Positions 18,367 to 27,475 are shown, counted from the stretch's first letter. The stretch: 64,000 nucleotides of DNA from an uncultured Candidatus Saccharibacteria bacterium (GCA_964603545.1 CAZRVD010000001.1:68358-132357), one strand, 5' to 3'. The notes: generated by a model from the letters alone, not told the origin. Translations and numbers: made by a program.

Positions 18367-19056
18367 ATGAATTTTCATATAGTAACATTATTTCCTGGTG
18401 CCTTTGACTCATATCTAAATGAGTCGATTATTTCTCGTGCAATAGAAGACAAGAAAATAAAGGTGGAGTTTTATAACCCTCGAGACTATTCTGACGATAA
18501 ATGGAAGAGAGTAGACCAAAAACCATACAGCGGAGGTCCAGGGATGGTTATACAGGCACTTCCTGTCATAAAAGCTATTGAAGCGGTCTTGAGAAAGATT
18601 AACAAAGTTAAAAAAACAAAGTCAAAGACGAAGTCCGGTAGTGAGCTTCGCTCTACTACTCGGATAATTTTCTTTTCTCCAGGAGGAAAACAGTTTGATA
18701 CGGATTATGCTAAAAAAACTGTCAAGAAATTTACTGACACCATTTTAGTTTGTGGCAGGTATGAGGGAATTGATAGCAGGGTGAAAAAGGCGTTTAAAAT
18801 GGAAGAAGTCTCTGTTGGGCCTTTTGTTTTAACTGGTGGAGAACTTCCAGCAATGGTTGTTCTAGATTGTATTAGTCGACAAGTGGAAGGTGTGCTTGGC
18901 AATTTCAATTCTCTTGAAGAAAGTCGTGTGGCAAGTCATAATGTCTACACTAGACCAGAAGTTTTTGAACATAAGGGTAAAAAGTATCGAGTTCCAAAGG
19001 TTCTACTTAGTGGAAATCATAAACAAATTGAAGAATGGAAACTAAAGAAAAAATAA
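18367..19056 (+). CDS. trmD: tRNA (guanine37-N1)-methyltransferase
   Basis: MNFHIVTLFPGAFDSYL is the TrmD N-terminus. SPOUT knot region GGYEGIDSRV is present. Confidence 0.85.
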   Translation: MNFHIVTLFPGAFDSYLNESIISRAIEDKKIKVEFYNPRDYSDDKWKRVDQKPYSGGPGMVIQALPVIKAIEAVLRKINKVKKTKSKTKSGSELRSTTRIIFFSPGGKQFDTDYAKKTVKKFTDTILVCGRYEGIDSRVKKAFKMEEVSVGPFVLTGGELPAMVVLDCISRQVEGVLGNFNSLEESRVASHNVYTRPEVFEHKGKKYRVPKVLLSGNHKQIEEWKLKKK

Positions 19057-20174
19057 TAAAATATCTGTTATGGTTTTTTGTTTGTGTGGTTTTGGTTTTA
19101 GGGCTATTACTTTTAAAGACCAATTCGTCATTAAAAAATTCAGAAGTTAAGAGCGAAACATTGGTCGTAGAAAAAAACTTAGTAGCAACTTCAACAGAGA
19201 CTAAAGGCAAGGTGGTAGAAAAATTACCAACTTCTGTTTCTACAAAATGTGAGTTTCCAAGCACAGACTTTGACTGCTACTACAACTATTACACTAAGTT
19301 AGTCAAGGAGAAGGGTCCAAAGGAGGCTTTTATTGATTTGAAAAAGCAGTATGAAACAAGTAGCTATGTTCGTGCACAATGTCATCCATTAACACATGTT
19401 ATTGGTCGAACAACTGCTATGCTCTACCCAAACACTACTGAAGCTTATAAATACGGAGATCCTCTGTGTTGGTCCGGGTTTTATCACGGGGTTATGGAAA
19501 CTATAGTAAATGAAATTGGCATAGAAAAAATTAAAAGTAGTTTAGATAATATTTGCGACGGAATTCCTGGTAAAGAAAAATATAGTTTTGATTATTATAA
19601 TTGTGTCCACGGTTTAGGGCATGGACTAATGGCCATAACAGAAAATGAACTTTTTGACTCTTTAAAATATTGTGACAGTCTAACTGGAGATTGGGAAAGA
19701 AGTTCTTGTTACGGCGGGGTTTTTATGGAAAACGTTATCGTTGATAACTTGAGTCACTTTACAAAATATTTAAAACCATCTGAGCCTCTTTATCCGTGCA
19801 ATGCAGTTGGGGGAGTGTACAAAACCCAATGTTATTTAATGCAGACATCATATATGTTAAAAGTAACAAGTTATGATTTTAATAAAGTTTTTGAACTTTG
19901 TAGAAATGCAGATCTTGGTTTTGAAGCAACTTGTTTTCAAAGTTTAGGAAGAGACGCCTCAGGTCAGAGTTTGTCTAATGCTGATGCCACTTGGGCAAAG
20001 TGCAGTCTTGGTATAGGGTTTGATGAGCAGTCGAACTGCATTGTAGGTGCGGTTAAGGATTTTATTTCTTATTATCATTCGGACAACCAAGCAAATGTTT
20101 TATGCGCAATTGTTTCTCCAGATTTGCAAAAAATTTGTTTAGATACTGCAACTTCCTATTATAAAACTCTATAA
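19035..20174 (+). CDS. membrane-anchored Cys-rich repeat protein (hypothetical)
   Basis: N-terminal TM (LLWFFVCVVLVLGLLLL) followed by about eight repeats of a ~35-aa C-x(8-12)-C..G.G motif. No recognised family. Confidence 0.45.
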   Translation: METKEKIIKYLLWFFVCVVLVLGLLLLKTNSSLKNSEVKSETLVVEKNLVATSTETKGKVVEKLPTSVSTKCEFPSTDFDCYYNYYTKLVKEKGPKEAFIDLKKQYETSSYVRAQCHPLTHVIGRTTAMLYPNTTEAYKYGDPLCWSGFYHGVMETIVNEIGIEKIKSSLDNICDGIPGKEKYSFDYYNCVHGLGHGLMAITENELFDSLKYCDSLTGDWERSSCYGGVFMENVIVDNLSHFTKYLKPSEPLYPCNAVGGVYKTQCYLMQTSYMLKVTSYDFNKVFELCRNADLGFEATCFQSLGRDASGQSLSNADATWAKCSLGIGFDEQSNCIVGAVKDFISYYHSDNQANVLCAIVSPDLQKICLDTATSYYKTL

Positions 20175-20182
20175 TACAGAAA

Positions 20183-20205
20183 ACCCACCTATAGAACAGG
20201 TGGGT
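20183..20205. terminator. bidirectional hairpin between the Cys-rich gene and cassette D
   Basis: ACCCACCT-atagaac-AGGTGGGT. Confidence 0.55.
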
Positions 20206-20227
20206 CTGTCCCAGTGGTGGGCGTGGT

Positions 20228-20476
20228 CTACAGGCGACCAGTTTGTTGTCTTATCCTTTCCTTTATGCTGGGGTCGAGGTTGACCGTTTGGTAGTCCCTT
20301 GCAGGGTCAATACCTTCAAGTTGTCCTTCGGCGAAACGACGATCGAGTACACCTAGCAAGAAGCACTTAGCTAGGACGATCTTGCCTTCTTTCAGATGGT
20401 TGCTCACCTGAATTTGACCTTTCGGTCCAAGAATACGTACCGCGAGTTCCCAGATATCCATCTCTTCTTTTGTCAT
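20228..20476 (-). CDS. hypothetical 82-aa protein, high-GC cassette D
   Basis: ATG at 20476 preceded by GAGGAGG. GC-rich. No family recognised. Confidence 0.4.
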   Translation of the reverse strand: MTKEEMDIWELAVRILGPKGQIQVSNHLKEGKIVLAKCFLLGVLDRRFAEGQLEGIDPARDYQTVNLDPSIKERIRQQTGRL

Positions 20477-20492
20477 AGAGGCCTCCTCAGCC

Positions 20493-20530
20493 ATCCATCC
20501 TTACTATATCTAATTTGCAAAATTTGTCAA
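20493..20530 (-). promoter_or_regulatory. promoter of cassette D (minus: TTGACA-N16-TATAGT)
   Basis: The reverse complement reads TTGACAaattttgcaaattagaTATAGTaaggatggctGAGGAGGcctctATG. Confidence 0.5.
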
Positions 20531-20583
20531 TTATAATATTTTTGATATTTTAGTTAAAGGGTTAGTACTGGTACAATGTTCCA

Positions 20584-22281
20584 ATGCTTCAATCACAAGC
20601 TCTAGATATTTTAAAAATGGGCAAGAACGTTTTCATCACTGGTCCTGCTGGAAGTGGTAAAACTCATGTTATAAACACATATGTAAAATATTTAAAGGAG
20701 CACGCGGTAGACGTAGCAGTTACAGCATCTACTGGTATCGCAGCTACACACATTGGCGGGATGACCATTCACTCATGGTCAGGACTTGGAATACGCGACA
20801 CTCTGACTGACTATGACATTGAAGATATGATAGAGAGACAGTATTTGTACAAAAGATTCGATAGAACAAAAGTTTTAATAATAGACGAGGTTTCAATGCT
20901 CCATAACTACAGACTAGATCTTATCGATTGGATTTGTCGGCAGATGAAACACAACGAAAAACCTTTTGGTGGGATGCAAATTATTTTATGCGGAGATTTT
21001 TTCCAGCTTCCCCCAGTTACGAGAGCAGGGAATTATAGAACATTTTCAGATGTTCCTTTTGGCGACACGGTTGAAACAGAGTTTGCTTATAAGTCACAAA
21101 GTTTTCTAGCCTCCAAATTTACTGTGTGTTACTTATCCGAACAGCACAGACAAAAAGACAATACTTATCTTTCTATTCTCAATCAAATCCGCGAAAACAA
21201 AGTATCTAGTAAAACAATTGAACTTTTAAAATCACGTTTGAATATTGGCACGGACGAATCTGGTGAATCTACTCGGCTTTATACTCACAACATAGATGTG
21301 GATGTGGTAAACAAAAAACATTTGGATTTAATCAATTCAAATTCTAAAAAGTATTATATGACAAGTAAAGGTTCAAGTGGACTTTCTGAGACTTTGAAAA
21401 AAAGTTGTCTGTCTCCAGAAGAATTGGAACTAAAAGTTGGTGCAAAAGTTATGTTCACTAAAAATCATCCAGAAGGTTTGTATGTTAACGGGACACTGGG
21501 TGTAGTAAAGGAGTTTAATTCGTTTGGCGAGCCGGTGGTGGTTACAAACAGCGGGATGGAAATTTCTGTAAGTCCACAGTCATGGAAAATAGAAGAAGAA
21601 GGAAAAATAAAAGCAGAAATAAGTCAGCTCCCACTACGTTTGGCGTGGGCTATAACAGTTCACAAAAGTCAGGGTATGTCTCTTGATTCCATGGAGGTGG
21701 ATCTTTCAAAATCTTTTGTAAAGGGTATGGGGTATGTTGCTCTTTCTCGGGTTCGTTCGTTGGAAGGCATGAAGCTTTTGGGTTTCAACGACATGTCGCT
21801 TTTAGTTGACCCAGAAGTTTTGGAAATGGATAAAAAGTTTCGTGAACTTTCAGTAGATGCTGTAAATGATTTAAAAGAACTCTCACGAGAGCAAATTTTA
21901 GAAGCACAAAAGGCATGGATTAAGAAAATAGAACCAGAAGAAAAAGTGAGAATCAAGAAAAGGGAGAAGGAATTAAAAAAAAGTACTCACGAAATAACTT
22001 TGGAAATGCTAGGGAGCCAAATCCCACTCAAAGATATTGCCAAAGCTCGTGGTGTAAAAGAAGAAACTATAGTATCTCACATAGAAGATCTGAAAAAGGA
22101 AAATAAATATCCTGATGTAGAGTATTTAAAGAGGGAACTAAAACGAAGTGAACTAGATGATATTTTGGATGCTTTTGATGTTTGTAATACCACAACTCTT
22201 TCTCCAGTTTACAACTATTTAATGAAGAAAAAAAAGAAACCGAATTACCTTAAAATTCGACTAGCTAGACTGTTTTTGTGA
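20584..22281 (+). CDS. PIF1/RecD-family ATP-dependent DNA helicase
   Basis: Walker A GPAGSGKTHV, motif II LIIDEVSM and the characteristic WAITVHKSQGMSLD box. ~140-aa Lys-rich C-terminal extension. Confidence 0.8.
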   Translation: MLQSQALDILKMGKNVFITGPAGSGKTHVINTYVKYLKEHAVDVAVTASTGIAATHIGGMTIHSWSGLGIRDTLTDYDIEDMIERQYLYKRFDRTKVLIIDEVSMLHNYRLDLIDWICRQMKHNEKPFGGMQIILCGDFFQLPPVTRAGNYRTFSDVPFGDTVETEFAYKSQSFLASKFTVCYLSEQHRQKDNTYLSILNQIRENKVSSKTIELLKSRLNIGTDESGESTRLYTHNIDVDVVNKKHLDLINSNSKKYYMTSKGSSGLSETLKKSCLSPEELELKVGAKVMFTKNHPEGLYVNGTLGVVKEFNSFGEPVVVTNSGMEISVSPQSWKIEEEGKIKAEISQLPLRLAWAITVHKSQGMSLDSMEVDLSKSFVKGMGYVALSRVRSLEGMKLLGFNDMSLLVDPEVLEMDKKFRELSVDAVNDLKELSREQILEAQKAWIKKIEPEEKVRIKKREKELKKSTHEITLEMLGSQIPLKDIAKARGVKEETIVSHIEDLKKENKYPDVEYLKRELKRSELDDILDAFDVCNTTTLSPVYNYLMKKKKKPNYLKIRLARLFL

Positions 22282-22293
22282 TAAAATTAAGCA

Positions 22294-23250
22294 GTGAAGA
22301 AAACCTATTTTTTATTTCTTGTACCACTTTTACTTTTTACTCTTGCTGAAGCCCCAACCTTTTTTCTTGGACCTAGTGTTAAAATTTTGAATTTCGGAGA
22401 CGTAATGTTTGATAGGGGTGTAAGAAATATAATTGAAAATAGAGGAAGAGATCCATTTGAATATATTAAAAAAGATTTGAGTTTACTTAAAGGCTTTGAT
22501 GTTTTTATCGTGAACCTTGAAGGTCCGCTAGTAGAAATGGATAGAAGTGAGTGCCAGCAGAAGGCGTATAATTTTCAATTTGCACCCGACACAGCGGAGA
22601 GATTAAAAAGCATTGGCGTAAATATAGTTAACATTGCAAACAATCATAGCTATGATTGTTTTGAGGGGGGTCTTGAAAGTACAAAAAAATATTTAAGTCT
22701 TTCTAAGATAGATTATATTGGAGACCAGAACCTAGAGAAAAGTTACCATATCAAAGAAATATCAGGCAAAAAAGTGGCTTTCGTTGGTATGGATGAAACC
22801 GTGCAAATAATTCCTCTTTCAAGTTTTTATCCACTCGTGAAAAAAATAAAAGCTGAAAATGATTTGGTGGTTGTAAATATTCACTGGGGTACAGAGTATG
22901 AACTTACAAACAATTCAAACCAACAAGCTATTGCTCACAGACTAATAGATAGTGGTGCAGATGTTGTTTTCGGTCACCACCCCCACGTTGTACAAAATAT
23001 GGAAATATACAAAGGCAAAGCAATATTTTACTCACTCGGGAATTTTGTCTTTGACCAAAAATTTGGAGACACCACAGTTGGGTTAGGAGTTGGAGTTGAA
23101 TTTGAAGAAGATAAAACCACTTTTGAACTTTTCCCGTTTAATATAAAAATTTTCGCACCAGATATGATGAAGGGGGAAGAAAGAGAAAAGTTTTGTAATG
23201 AATATTTAGAAAAATTCAATCATAATGATTGTGAATTTACTGTGATATAA
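22294..23250 (+). CDS. CapA/PGA_cap family metallophosphatase-like protein
   Basis: N-terminal signal/TM. Motifs NLEGPL, NIANNHSYD and GHHPHVVQ are typical of CapA. Confidence 0.7.
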   Translation: MKKTYFLFLVPLLLFTLAEAPTFFLGPSVKILNFGDVMFDRGVRNIIENRGRDPFEYIKKDLSLLKGFDVFIVNLEGPLVEMDRSECQQKAYNFQFAPDTAERLKSIGVNIVNIANNHSYDCFEGGLESTKKYLSLSKIDYIGDQNLEKSYHIKEISGKKVAFVGMDETVQIIPLSSFYPLVKKIKAENDLVVVNIHWGTEYELTNNSNQQAIAHRLIDSGADVVFGHHPHVVQNMEIYKGKAIFYSLGNFVFDQKFGDTTVGLGVGVEFEEDKTTFELFPFNIKIFAPDMMKGEEREKFCNEYLEKFNHNDCEFTVI

Positions 23251-23398
23251 TTTGCATATGCAAAAAAACAAAACAAAAAATTTTGATACTAGAATCAAGG
23301 TGAAGTCCAAAAAAAGTGGAAAGAGTATGAGTGTAAAGGCAAAAGTAAAAGGCAAGGCTCCTAGACCAAGTCGTACAAACAGCTAACTAAATTATTGT

Positions 23399-23428
23399 TT
23401 GACGTATATTCTTGTTTGTTGTTATATA
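23399..23428 (+). promoter_or_regulatory. promoter of high-GC cassette E (TTGACG-N18-TATATA)
   Basis: TTGACG at 23399-23404, TATATA at 23423-23428, RBS GGGGAG at 23434-23439, ATG at 23448. Confidence 0.5.
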
Positions 23429-23447
23429 AACCTGGGGAGTGTGATAC

Positions 23448-23738
23448 ATGCCAGATATTCCAAAAGCAGTCATTAGTCCTTTCTGGACTAAAGTGGAGAG
23501 AGACAGGGTGATAGTCAGGGTTCGGCTCGAGTTCAAGTATCTCGAGAGTGTAGTGGCCGGTCTTGCATCCTCTCGAGAGATAGATACCGACGCCTACCAG
23601 TATGCATGTAGTCGCAGGTGGTGGCTGGCAATTCTTCAGGAACTGCTGAACCATTATTCCGCTGAATTTCTGGAGAGACACCGAATCCTGTTCCATGAGT
23701 ACGTAGATGACTCTCGTTCAAACGCCTCGACACACTAA
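23448..23738 (+). CDS. hypothetical 96-aa protein, high-GC cassette E
   Basis: GC-rich. No family recognised. Its stop codon lies in the loop of the terminator hairpin. Confidence 0.4.
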   Translation: MPDIPKAVISPFWTKVERDRVIVRVRLEFKYLESVVAGLASSREIDTDAYQYACSRRWWLAILQELLNHYSAEFLERHRILFHEYVDDSRSNASTH

Positions 23739-23750
23739 GTGTCGGGGCGT
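23722..23750 (+). terminator. hairpin at the end of cassette E
   Basis: ACGCCTCGACAC-actaa-GTGTCGGGGCGT. The core CACACTAAGTGT resembles the cassette B operator. Confidence 0.45.
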
Positions 23751-23822
23751 CGTTGTATATGAAAATAAAAAATCCTCATGCTATAATTATTATTATAGAA
23801 ATTATAAATTTTAATAAACTAA

Positions 23823-24182
23823 TTGATAAATATGGTAGAAAATAAAAATGTGTGTGAGGTTTGTGGTTCTGGAGATGGAAGGTGTGGCCAATGCGGAAAT
23901 ATGTGTGGCTACAGAGGAAATCATCTTCTAAGATGGATACTTGGAATTATTATTATAACTTGGGTGTTTAGCATTGGAATGAAATTTGGTGAAATGAAAA
24001 CCTATCTAGAGCAATCTGGATATGGCCGAGGCGGTAACGGTTTTTATAAAACAATGCCAATGATGGGAGGAACTTACCCCGTTGGAGGACAGTGGAGTGG
24101 TGAAGATGTTATTTATTCAACATCAGCTACACCAGCAACTATGATGGGCACAGGGGCAGTCAGGGTAATAAAGTCTAACTAA
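23823..24182 (+). CDS. hypothetical membrane protein with an N-terminal CxxC..CxxC cluster
   Basis: CEVCGSGDGRCGQCGNMCGY, then one TM segment, then a Gly/Met-rich tail. Low GC. Confidence 0.4.
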   Translation: MINMVENKNVCEVCGSGDGRCGQCGNMCGYRGNHLLRWILGIIIITWVFSIGMKFGEMKTYLEQSGYGRGGNGFYKTMPMMGGTYPVGGQWSGEDVIYSTSATPATMMGTGAVRVIKSN

Positions 24183-24226
24183 AAAACAAGTAGAAAGTAT
24201 AGTCAATGCTTTTTGTTGTAAGGAGG

Positions 24227-24267
24227 AGTCCGTATTATCGTCTCAAATGGCAGTACGGACTTTTCTG
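24227..24267 (+). terminator. hairpin terminator
   Basis: AGTCCGTA...TACGGACTTTTCTG. Confidence 0.45.
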
Positions 24268-24304
24268 TACACATTAGTCTTAATTCTTCAATTTATACAA
24301 AACA

Positions 24305-25603
24305 ATGAAAACAAAAACATTAGTATTCTCTAATATTTCTATGTCAGTCATTTTGGCTGCTCTGGTGGTTGTGGTTTATGCATTTACAGCTTCATCTGCT
24401 TTTGCAGCAACAATACCTACAGTTGAAACGACAATCAGAAACACAAGTAACACGAACGTAACAACTGCTCCTATCGGAACAGTGGTTCATGCAAACACTT
24501 CAGTTTCTTCTTCAACAGGGCCTACAGTACTTGGTACTGTTGATTTTAGTTTATATCCAAACACAACTTGTTCTGGGATAGCTTCGGTGCAAGCCGGAGT
24601 GTTACTAGCTACAGGAGTAGCAGATTCTTCTACTACAACAGTTGGAAGTAGTGGACTTTCTTACAAAGTTACATTTAACGGACAAAGTGATGTTTACGCA
24701 ACTACCACAGGACCTTGTGTATCACTTAGTCCAACTTCTTCTAACGTTAGTGTGAATTCAACACTTTCAAGTACAACAGTTGTACAAGGAACAAACGTGT
24801 ATCAAAATTCTACTCTCTCTGGAGTAACAGCTAATGCTACAGGAACAGTAGCTTATGGAATTTACACAAACAACGCATGTACTCTTGGAAAAATAGATGC
24901 AGGTAGCAAAACAGTTGCAAACGCAGTTGTGCCACAGTCAAACTCTGTTCAAATGAACACAGTTGGAACTCTTTATTTCCAAGCACAGTATTCTGGTGAC
25001 CAATTTAATACTGGAGCAAATGGCCCATGTCAGGCATTCTCTGTAATTTCTGGTTCTACTACACCTCCTCCACCAGTACCTGTTGGTTCAGGAACTCTTG
25101 CCGGGGTATCTTTTAACGACTTAAATAAAAACAAAACCAAGGATAGCGGTGAAGCGGGGATTGCTGGTTTTACAGTTAGACTTTACGGTGGAACTTTCTG
25201 GTGGAACTGGGGTAGACCTAGAGCGGTTGCCACAACTACAACGGATGTAAACGGAAACTACTCATTTACAGGACTGGCAGATGGTTTATACAGAGTTGAA
25301 GAGACAAAATTAAAAGGTTGGGCACAAATATCTCCCGACTACAAATGGGTTCTACTTCTAAATGGCAAAAGTGTAACAGAACTAAACTTCGCTAACATTT
25401 CTGTTGCAAGTGGAGCAAACGCTACAACAACAAAACCAAGAATTGATGATGATCATAAAAACAGAGGACAAGAAAAGAAACAAGAAAAAATGGAACAGAA
25501 AGAAATAAAGAAGGAAGCTCAAAAACAAAAAAAGATAAACAAACTTTTCGACAGAATAAATAAACTTAGAGGAAACGGAAACGATAACGATAGAGATGAC
25601 TAA
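24305..25603 (+). CDS. Thr/Ser-rich cell-surface protein with an SdrD-B/Cna-B-like domain
   Basis: Signal/TM N-terminus, long T/S/N-rich region, GIAGFTVRLYGG...TDVNGNYSFTGLADGLYRVEE (SdrD B-like fold), and a Lys-rich C-terminus. Confidence 0.6.
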   Translation: MKTKTLVFSNISMSVILAALVVVVYAFTASSAFAATIPTVETTIRNTSNTNVTTAPIGTVVHANTSVSSSTGPTVLGTVDFSLYPNTTCSGIASVQAGVLLATGVADSSTTTVGSSGLSYKVTFNGQSDVYATTTGPCVSLSPTSSNVSVNSTLSSTTVVQGTNVYQNSTLSGVTANATGTVAYGIYTNNACTLGKIDAGSKTVANAVVPQSNSVQMNTVGTLYFQAQYSGDQFNTGANGPCQAFSVISGSTTPPPPVPVGSGTLAGVSFNDLNKNKTKDSGEAGIAGFTVRLYGGTFWWNWGRPRAVATTTTDVNGNYSFTGLADGLYRVEETKLKGWAQISPDYKWVLLLNGKSVTELNFANISVASGANATTTKPRIDDDHKNRGQEKKQEKMEQKEIKKEAQKQKKINKLFDRINKLRGNGNDNDRDD

Positions 25604-25623
25604 AAAATAAGCAAAAACAAAAA

Positions 25624-25647
25624 AGACCCGACCAGGGTCTTTTTTGT
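25624..25647. terminator. rho-independent terminator (bidirectional)
   Basis: AAAAAGACCC-gacca-GGGTCTTTTTTG. Confidence 0.7.
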
Positions 25648-25707
25648 GTAAAAGAAAAATCGGTGGCCCCGTAGTGGGGCCCCGATCGTTGTGCGCGTGG
25701 CGGGGTG

Positions 25708-25911
25708 TTAATCCCGCCGAATCCTGGCAGAGACTTCCCGGGAAGGATCCTCCGAACTCCAGGCCCGGATGGGTGCCTGCCCAGGGAGTCGGCGGCTTGC
25801 CGACACGCTGTCGCGCGACCGTGGGAAGGGCTTCCCGGGATTGTCGCTGGGGAGTGTGACTCCTCGGCAGATTACACCGAAGATGGGACGGTTTCCGTTG
25901 ACGTCAGGCAT
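25708..25911 (-). CDS. hypothetical Pro/Arg/Ser-rich 67-aa protein in a ~65% GC, hairpin-dense segment (cassette F)
   Basis: Minus-strand ATG at 25911 preceded by AGGAG (8 nt) and a TTGACA-N17-TAAGAT promoter. The protein MPDVNGNRPIFGVICRG...SRDSVSASRRLPG is low complexity. Coding status is uncertain. Confidence 0.3.
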   Translation of the reverse strand: MPDVNGNRPIFGVICRGVTLPSDNPGKPFPRSRDSVSASRRLPGQAPIRAWSSEDPSREVSARIRRD

Positions 25912-25931
25912 GTGGTGGTCTCCTACTGTGT

Positions 25932-25960
25932 ATCTTAGCACATCTAATCTAAACTGTCAA
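25932..25960 (-). promoter_or_regulatory. promoter for 25708..25911 (minus: TTGACA-N17-TAAGAT)
   Basis: The reverse complement reads TTGACAgtttagattagatgtgcTAAGATacacagtAGGAGaccaccacATG. Confidence 0.4.
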
Positions 25961-26054
25961 GTACATTTAAATAACTTAAAAAGGACCTGGCTGGTTACAA
26001 ACCATGCAGGTCCCTCGTGTTTGTAACTTATCCACAGTTTTATCTGCATATTAA

Positions 26055-26084
26055 TTGACTGGTGAACCATCGTTCACTTATAAT
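26055..26084 (+). promoter_or_regulatory. SOS promoter: TTGACT-N18-TATAAT with a Cheo-type LexA box (GAAC-N4-GTTC) in the spacer
   Basis: TTGACT(26055-60) ggtGAACcatcGTTCact TATAAT(26079-84), upstream of the 66-aa ORF and lexA. Confidence 0.65.
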
Positions 26085-26125
26085 AAACCTATATAAAACA
26101 AGGGTTAGTAATTTATAAAAACAAA

Positions 26126-26326
26126 ATGACACATCAAAATTTAGAAAGATCATTAAAAAAAGAATTGTATTTATTAAATGATATTATTGACAGGAAAATA
26201 GTAAGAGGGTTACCTTACTCAAAAGAGGCAAAACAACATAAGTTTATTTTGACAAAACTTTCAAATCTTCGTAGGGACAGAATGAACTGGATGCTAAGAC
26301 CATTCTCATCACTTTCTTTAATTTAA
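26126..26326 (+). CDS. small hypothetical protein co-transcribed with lexA
   Basis: 66 aa, low GC, directly downstream of the LexA-box promoter. Ends 4 nt before lexA. Confidence 0.4.
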   Translation: MTHQNLERSLKKELYLLNDIIDRKIVRGLPYSKEAKQHKFILTKLSNLRRDRMNWMLRPFSSLSLI

Positions 26327-26330
26327 AAAT

Positions 26331-26912
26331 ATGAGTGACGAAAAATATTCTACATATAGAGACAAAATACTTTCTTTCTATCGTGCCAACAGACGTATGC
26401 CTGGTTACAAGGAAATAATGTCACTAGTGGGATTCAAATCCAAAAACGCTGTCTACAAACTCATAAACAAACTTGTTGATGACGAAGTTATAGACAAGGA
26501 CAGTAACGGTAAGCTCACTCCTCTTAAAATATTTGGAGAAACTCCACTCCTTGGGCTTGTTGAAGCAGGTATTCCTACTACAGTAGATCAAGACAATACA
26601 GAAACAGTAAACATAGGAGAATATTTGATTGGCAACAACAAAAGGTCAACATACTTGCTAGAAGTAAAGGGGGATTCAATGATAGACGAAGGTATTCGTG
26701 AGGGCGATCTGGTTTTAGTAGAAAGACGGGGTGACCCAAAGGATGGTGACATTGTTATCGCGGAAGTAGATGGTGGTTGGACTATGAAATATTTCAAAAA
26801 GAAGGGAAACACGATTTACTTAAAACCAGCTAATAAAAATTATTCACCTATTTACCCTGAATATGATCTAAAGATTGCAGCGATAGTCAAAGGCGTAATT
26901 AGGAAGTATTAA
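26331..26912 (+). CDS. lexA: LexA repressor (S24 peptidase)
   Basis: N-terminal winged HTH. C-terminal S24 Ser/Lys dyad context (EVKGDSMIDEGI...DGDIVIAEVDGGWTMKYF). Confidence 0.85.
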   Translation: MSDEKYSTYRDKILSFYRANRRMPGYKEIMSLVGFKSKNAVYKLINKLVDDEVIDKDSNGKLTPLKIFGETPLLGLVEAGIPTTVDQDNTETVNIGEYLIGNNKRSTYLLEVKGDSMIDEGIREGDLVLVERRGDPKDGDIVIAEVDGGWTMKYFKKKGNTIYLKPANKNYSPIYPEYDLKIAAIVKGVIRKY

Positions 26913-27202
26913 TGTCTAGAGTTTTTACATTTGATGGGGTAGTTTGGGTATGGCCAGGAGTAGGAGGTTGGCATTTTGTAAATGTACCAGATAAGATTTC
27001 AAAACCTATAAGAAAAAATTTTGGGAAAGGTATGATAAAAATTGGTGCAAAAGTCGGCAAGACTATGTGGAACACATCTCTATTTCCTCACAAAAACTCT
27101 AAAGGTGAATTTGGTTACTTGATATCAATCAAAAAAATTGTAAGAAAGAATGAAAATATATATGAAAATGATAATATTAAGGTAACATTTAACTTAAAAT
27201 AA
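26912..27202 (+). CDS. DUF1905-like small protein
   Basis: WHFVNVPDKISKPIRKNFGKGMIKIGAKVGKTMWNTSLFP resembles the DUF1905/YdeI N-terminal domain. Confidence 0.4.
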   Translation: MSRVFTFDGVVWVWPGVGGWHFVNVPDKISKPIRKNFGKGMIKIGAKVGKTMWNTSLFPHKNSKGEFGYLISIKKIVRKNENIYENDNIKVTFNLK

Positions 27203-27204
27203 TT

Positions 27205-27474
27205 ATGGAAAGAGACCCAATACAAGAAATAGAAAGGATGATAAGGGGGATTCATGACCAGATGGCAAGTAAAGCAAAACCAGTACTTACGAGATACCCA
27301 CTTATTTTTGCTTTTTTGGTTACATTCGGTTTGGCCTCGATACTTCATGGTTTTGAACTTTTTACGGACAAGATGCCGGTTTTTCGACAGAATCCTCACT
27401 ATCTAGTTATTATTGGAATCGTAGTTCTGCTTATTACTGGGACTTTGTATAAAAAACTTGATAAGGGGGAATAA
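27205..27474 (+). CDS. small 2-TM membrane protein (hypothetical)
   Basis: 89 aa with two hydrophobic helices. Confidence 0.35.
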   Translation: MERDPIQEIERMIRGIHDQMASKAKPVLTRYPLIFAFLVTFGLASILHGFELFTDKMPVFRQNPHYLVIIGIVVLLITGTLYKKLDKGE

Positions 27475-27475
27475 A

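Noticed and set aside
23253-23266. Perfect 14-bp palindrome TTTGCATATGCAAA after capA
   Set aside because: AT-rich and isolated. It could be a weak terminator or a chance palindrome and is too little to call.
24247-24333. 28-aa ORF MAVRTFLYTLVLIL... after an AGGAGG at 24221
   Set aside because: The SD is 20 nt from the ATG. The ORF lies inside the terminator hairpin of the previous gene and overlaps the start of the 24305 gene.
25655-25940. Considered RNase P RNA, tmRNA, SRP RNA or 6S RNA for the 65% GC hairpin-dense segment
   Set aside because: None of the conserved blocks (GGAAAGUCCGGGCUCC and ACAGAAnCCGGCUUA of RNase P; the GGUUCGAnUCC-type T-arm of tmRNA; GGUCCGGAAGGAAGCAGC of SRP) is present on either strand. 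The segment also carries a promoter, SD and ATG on the minus strand.
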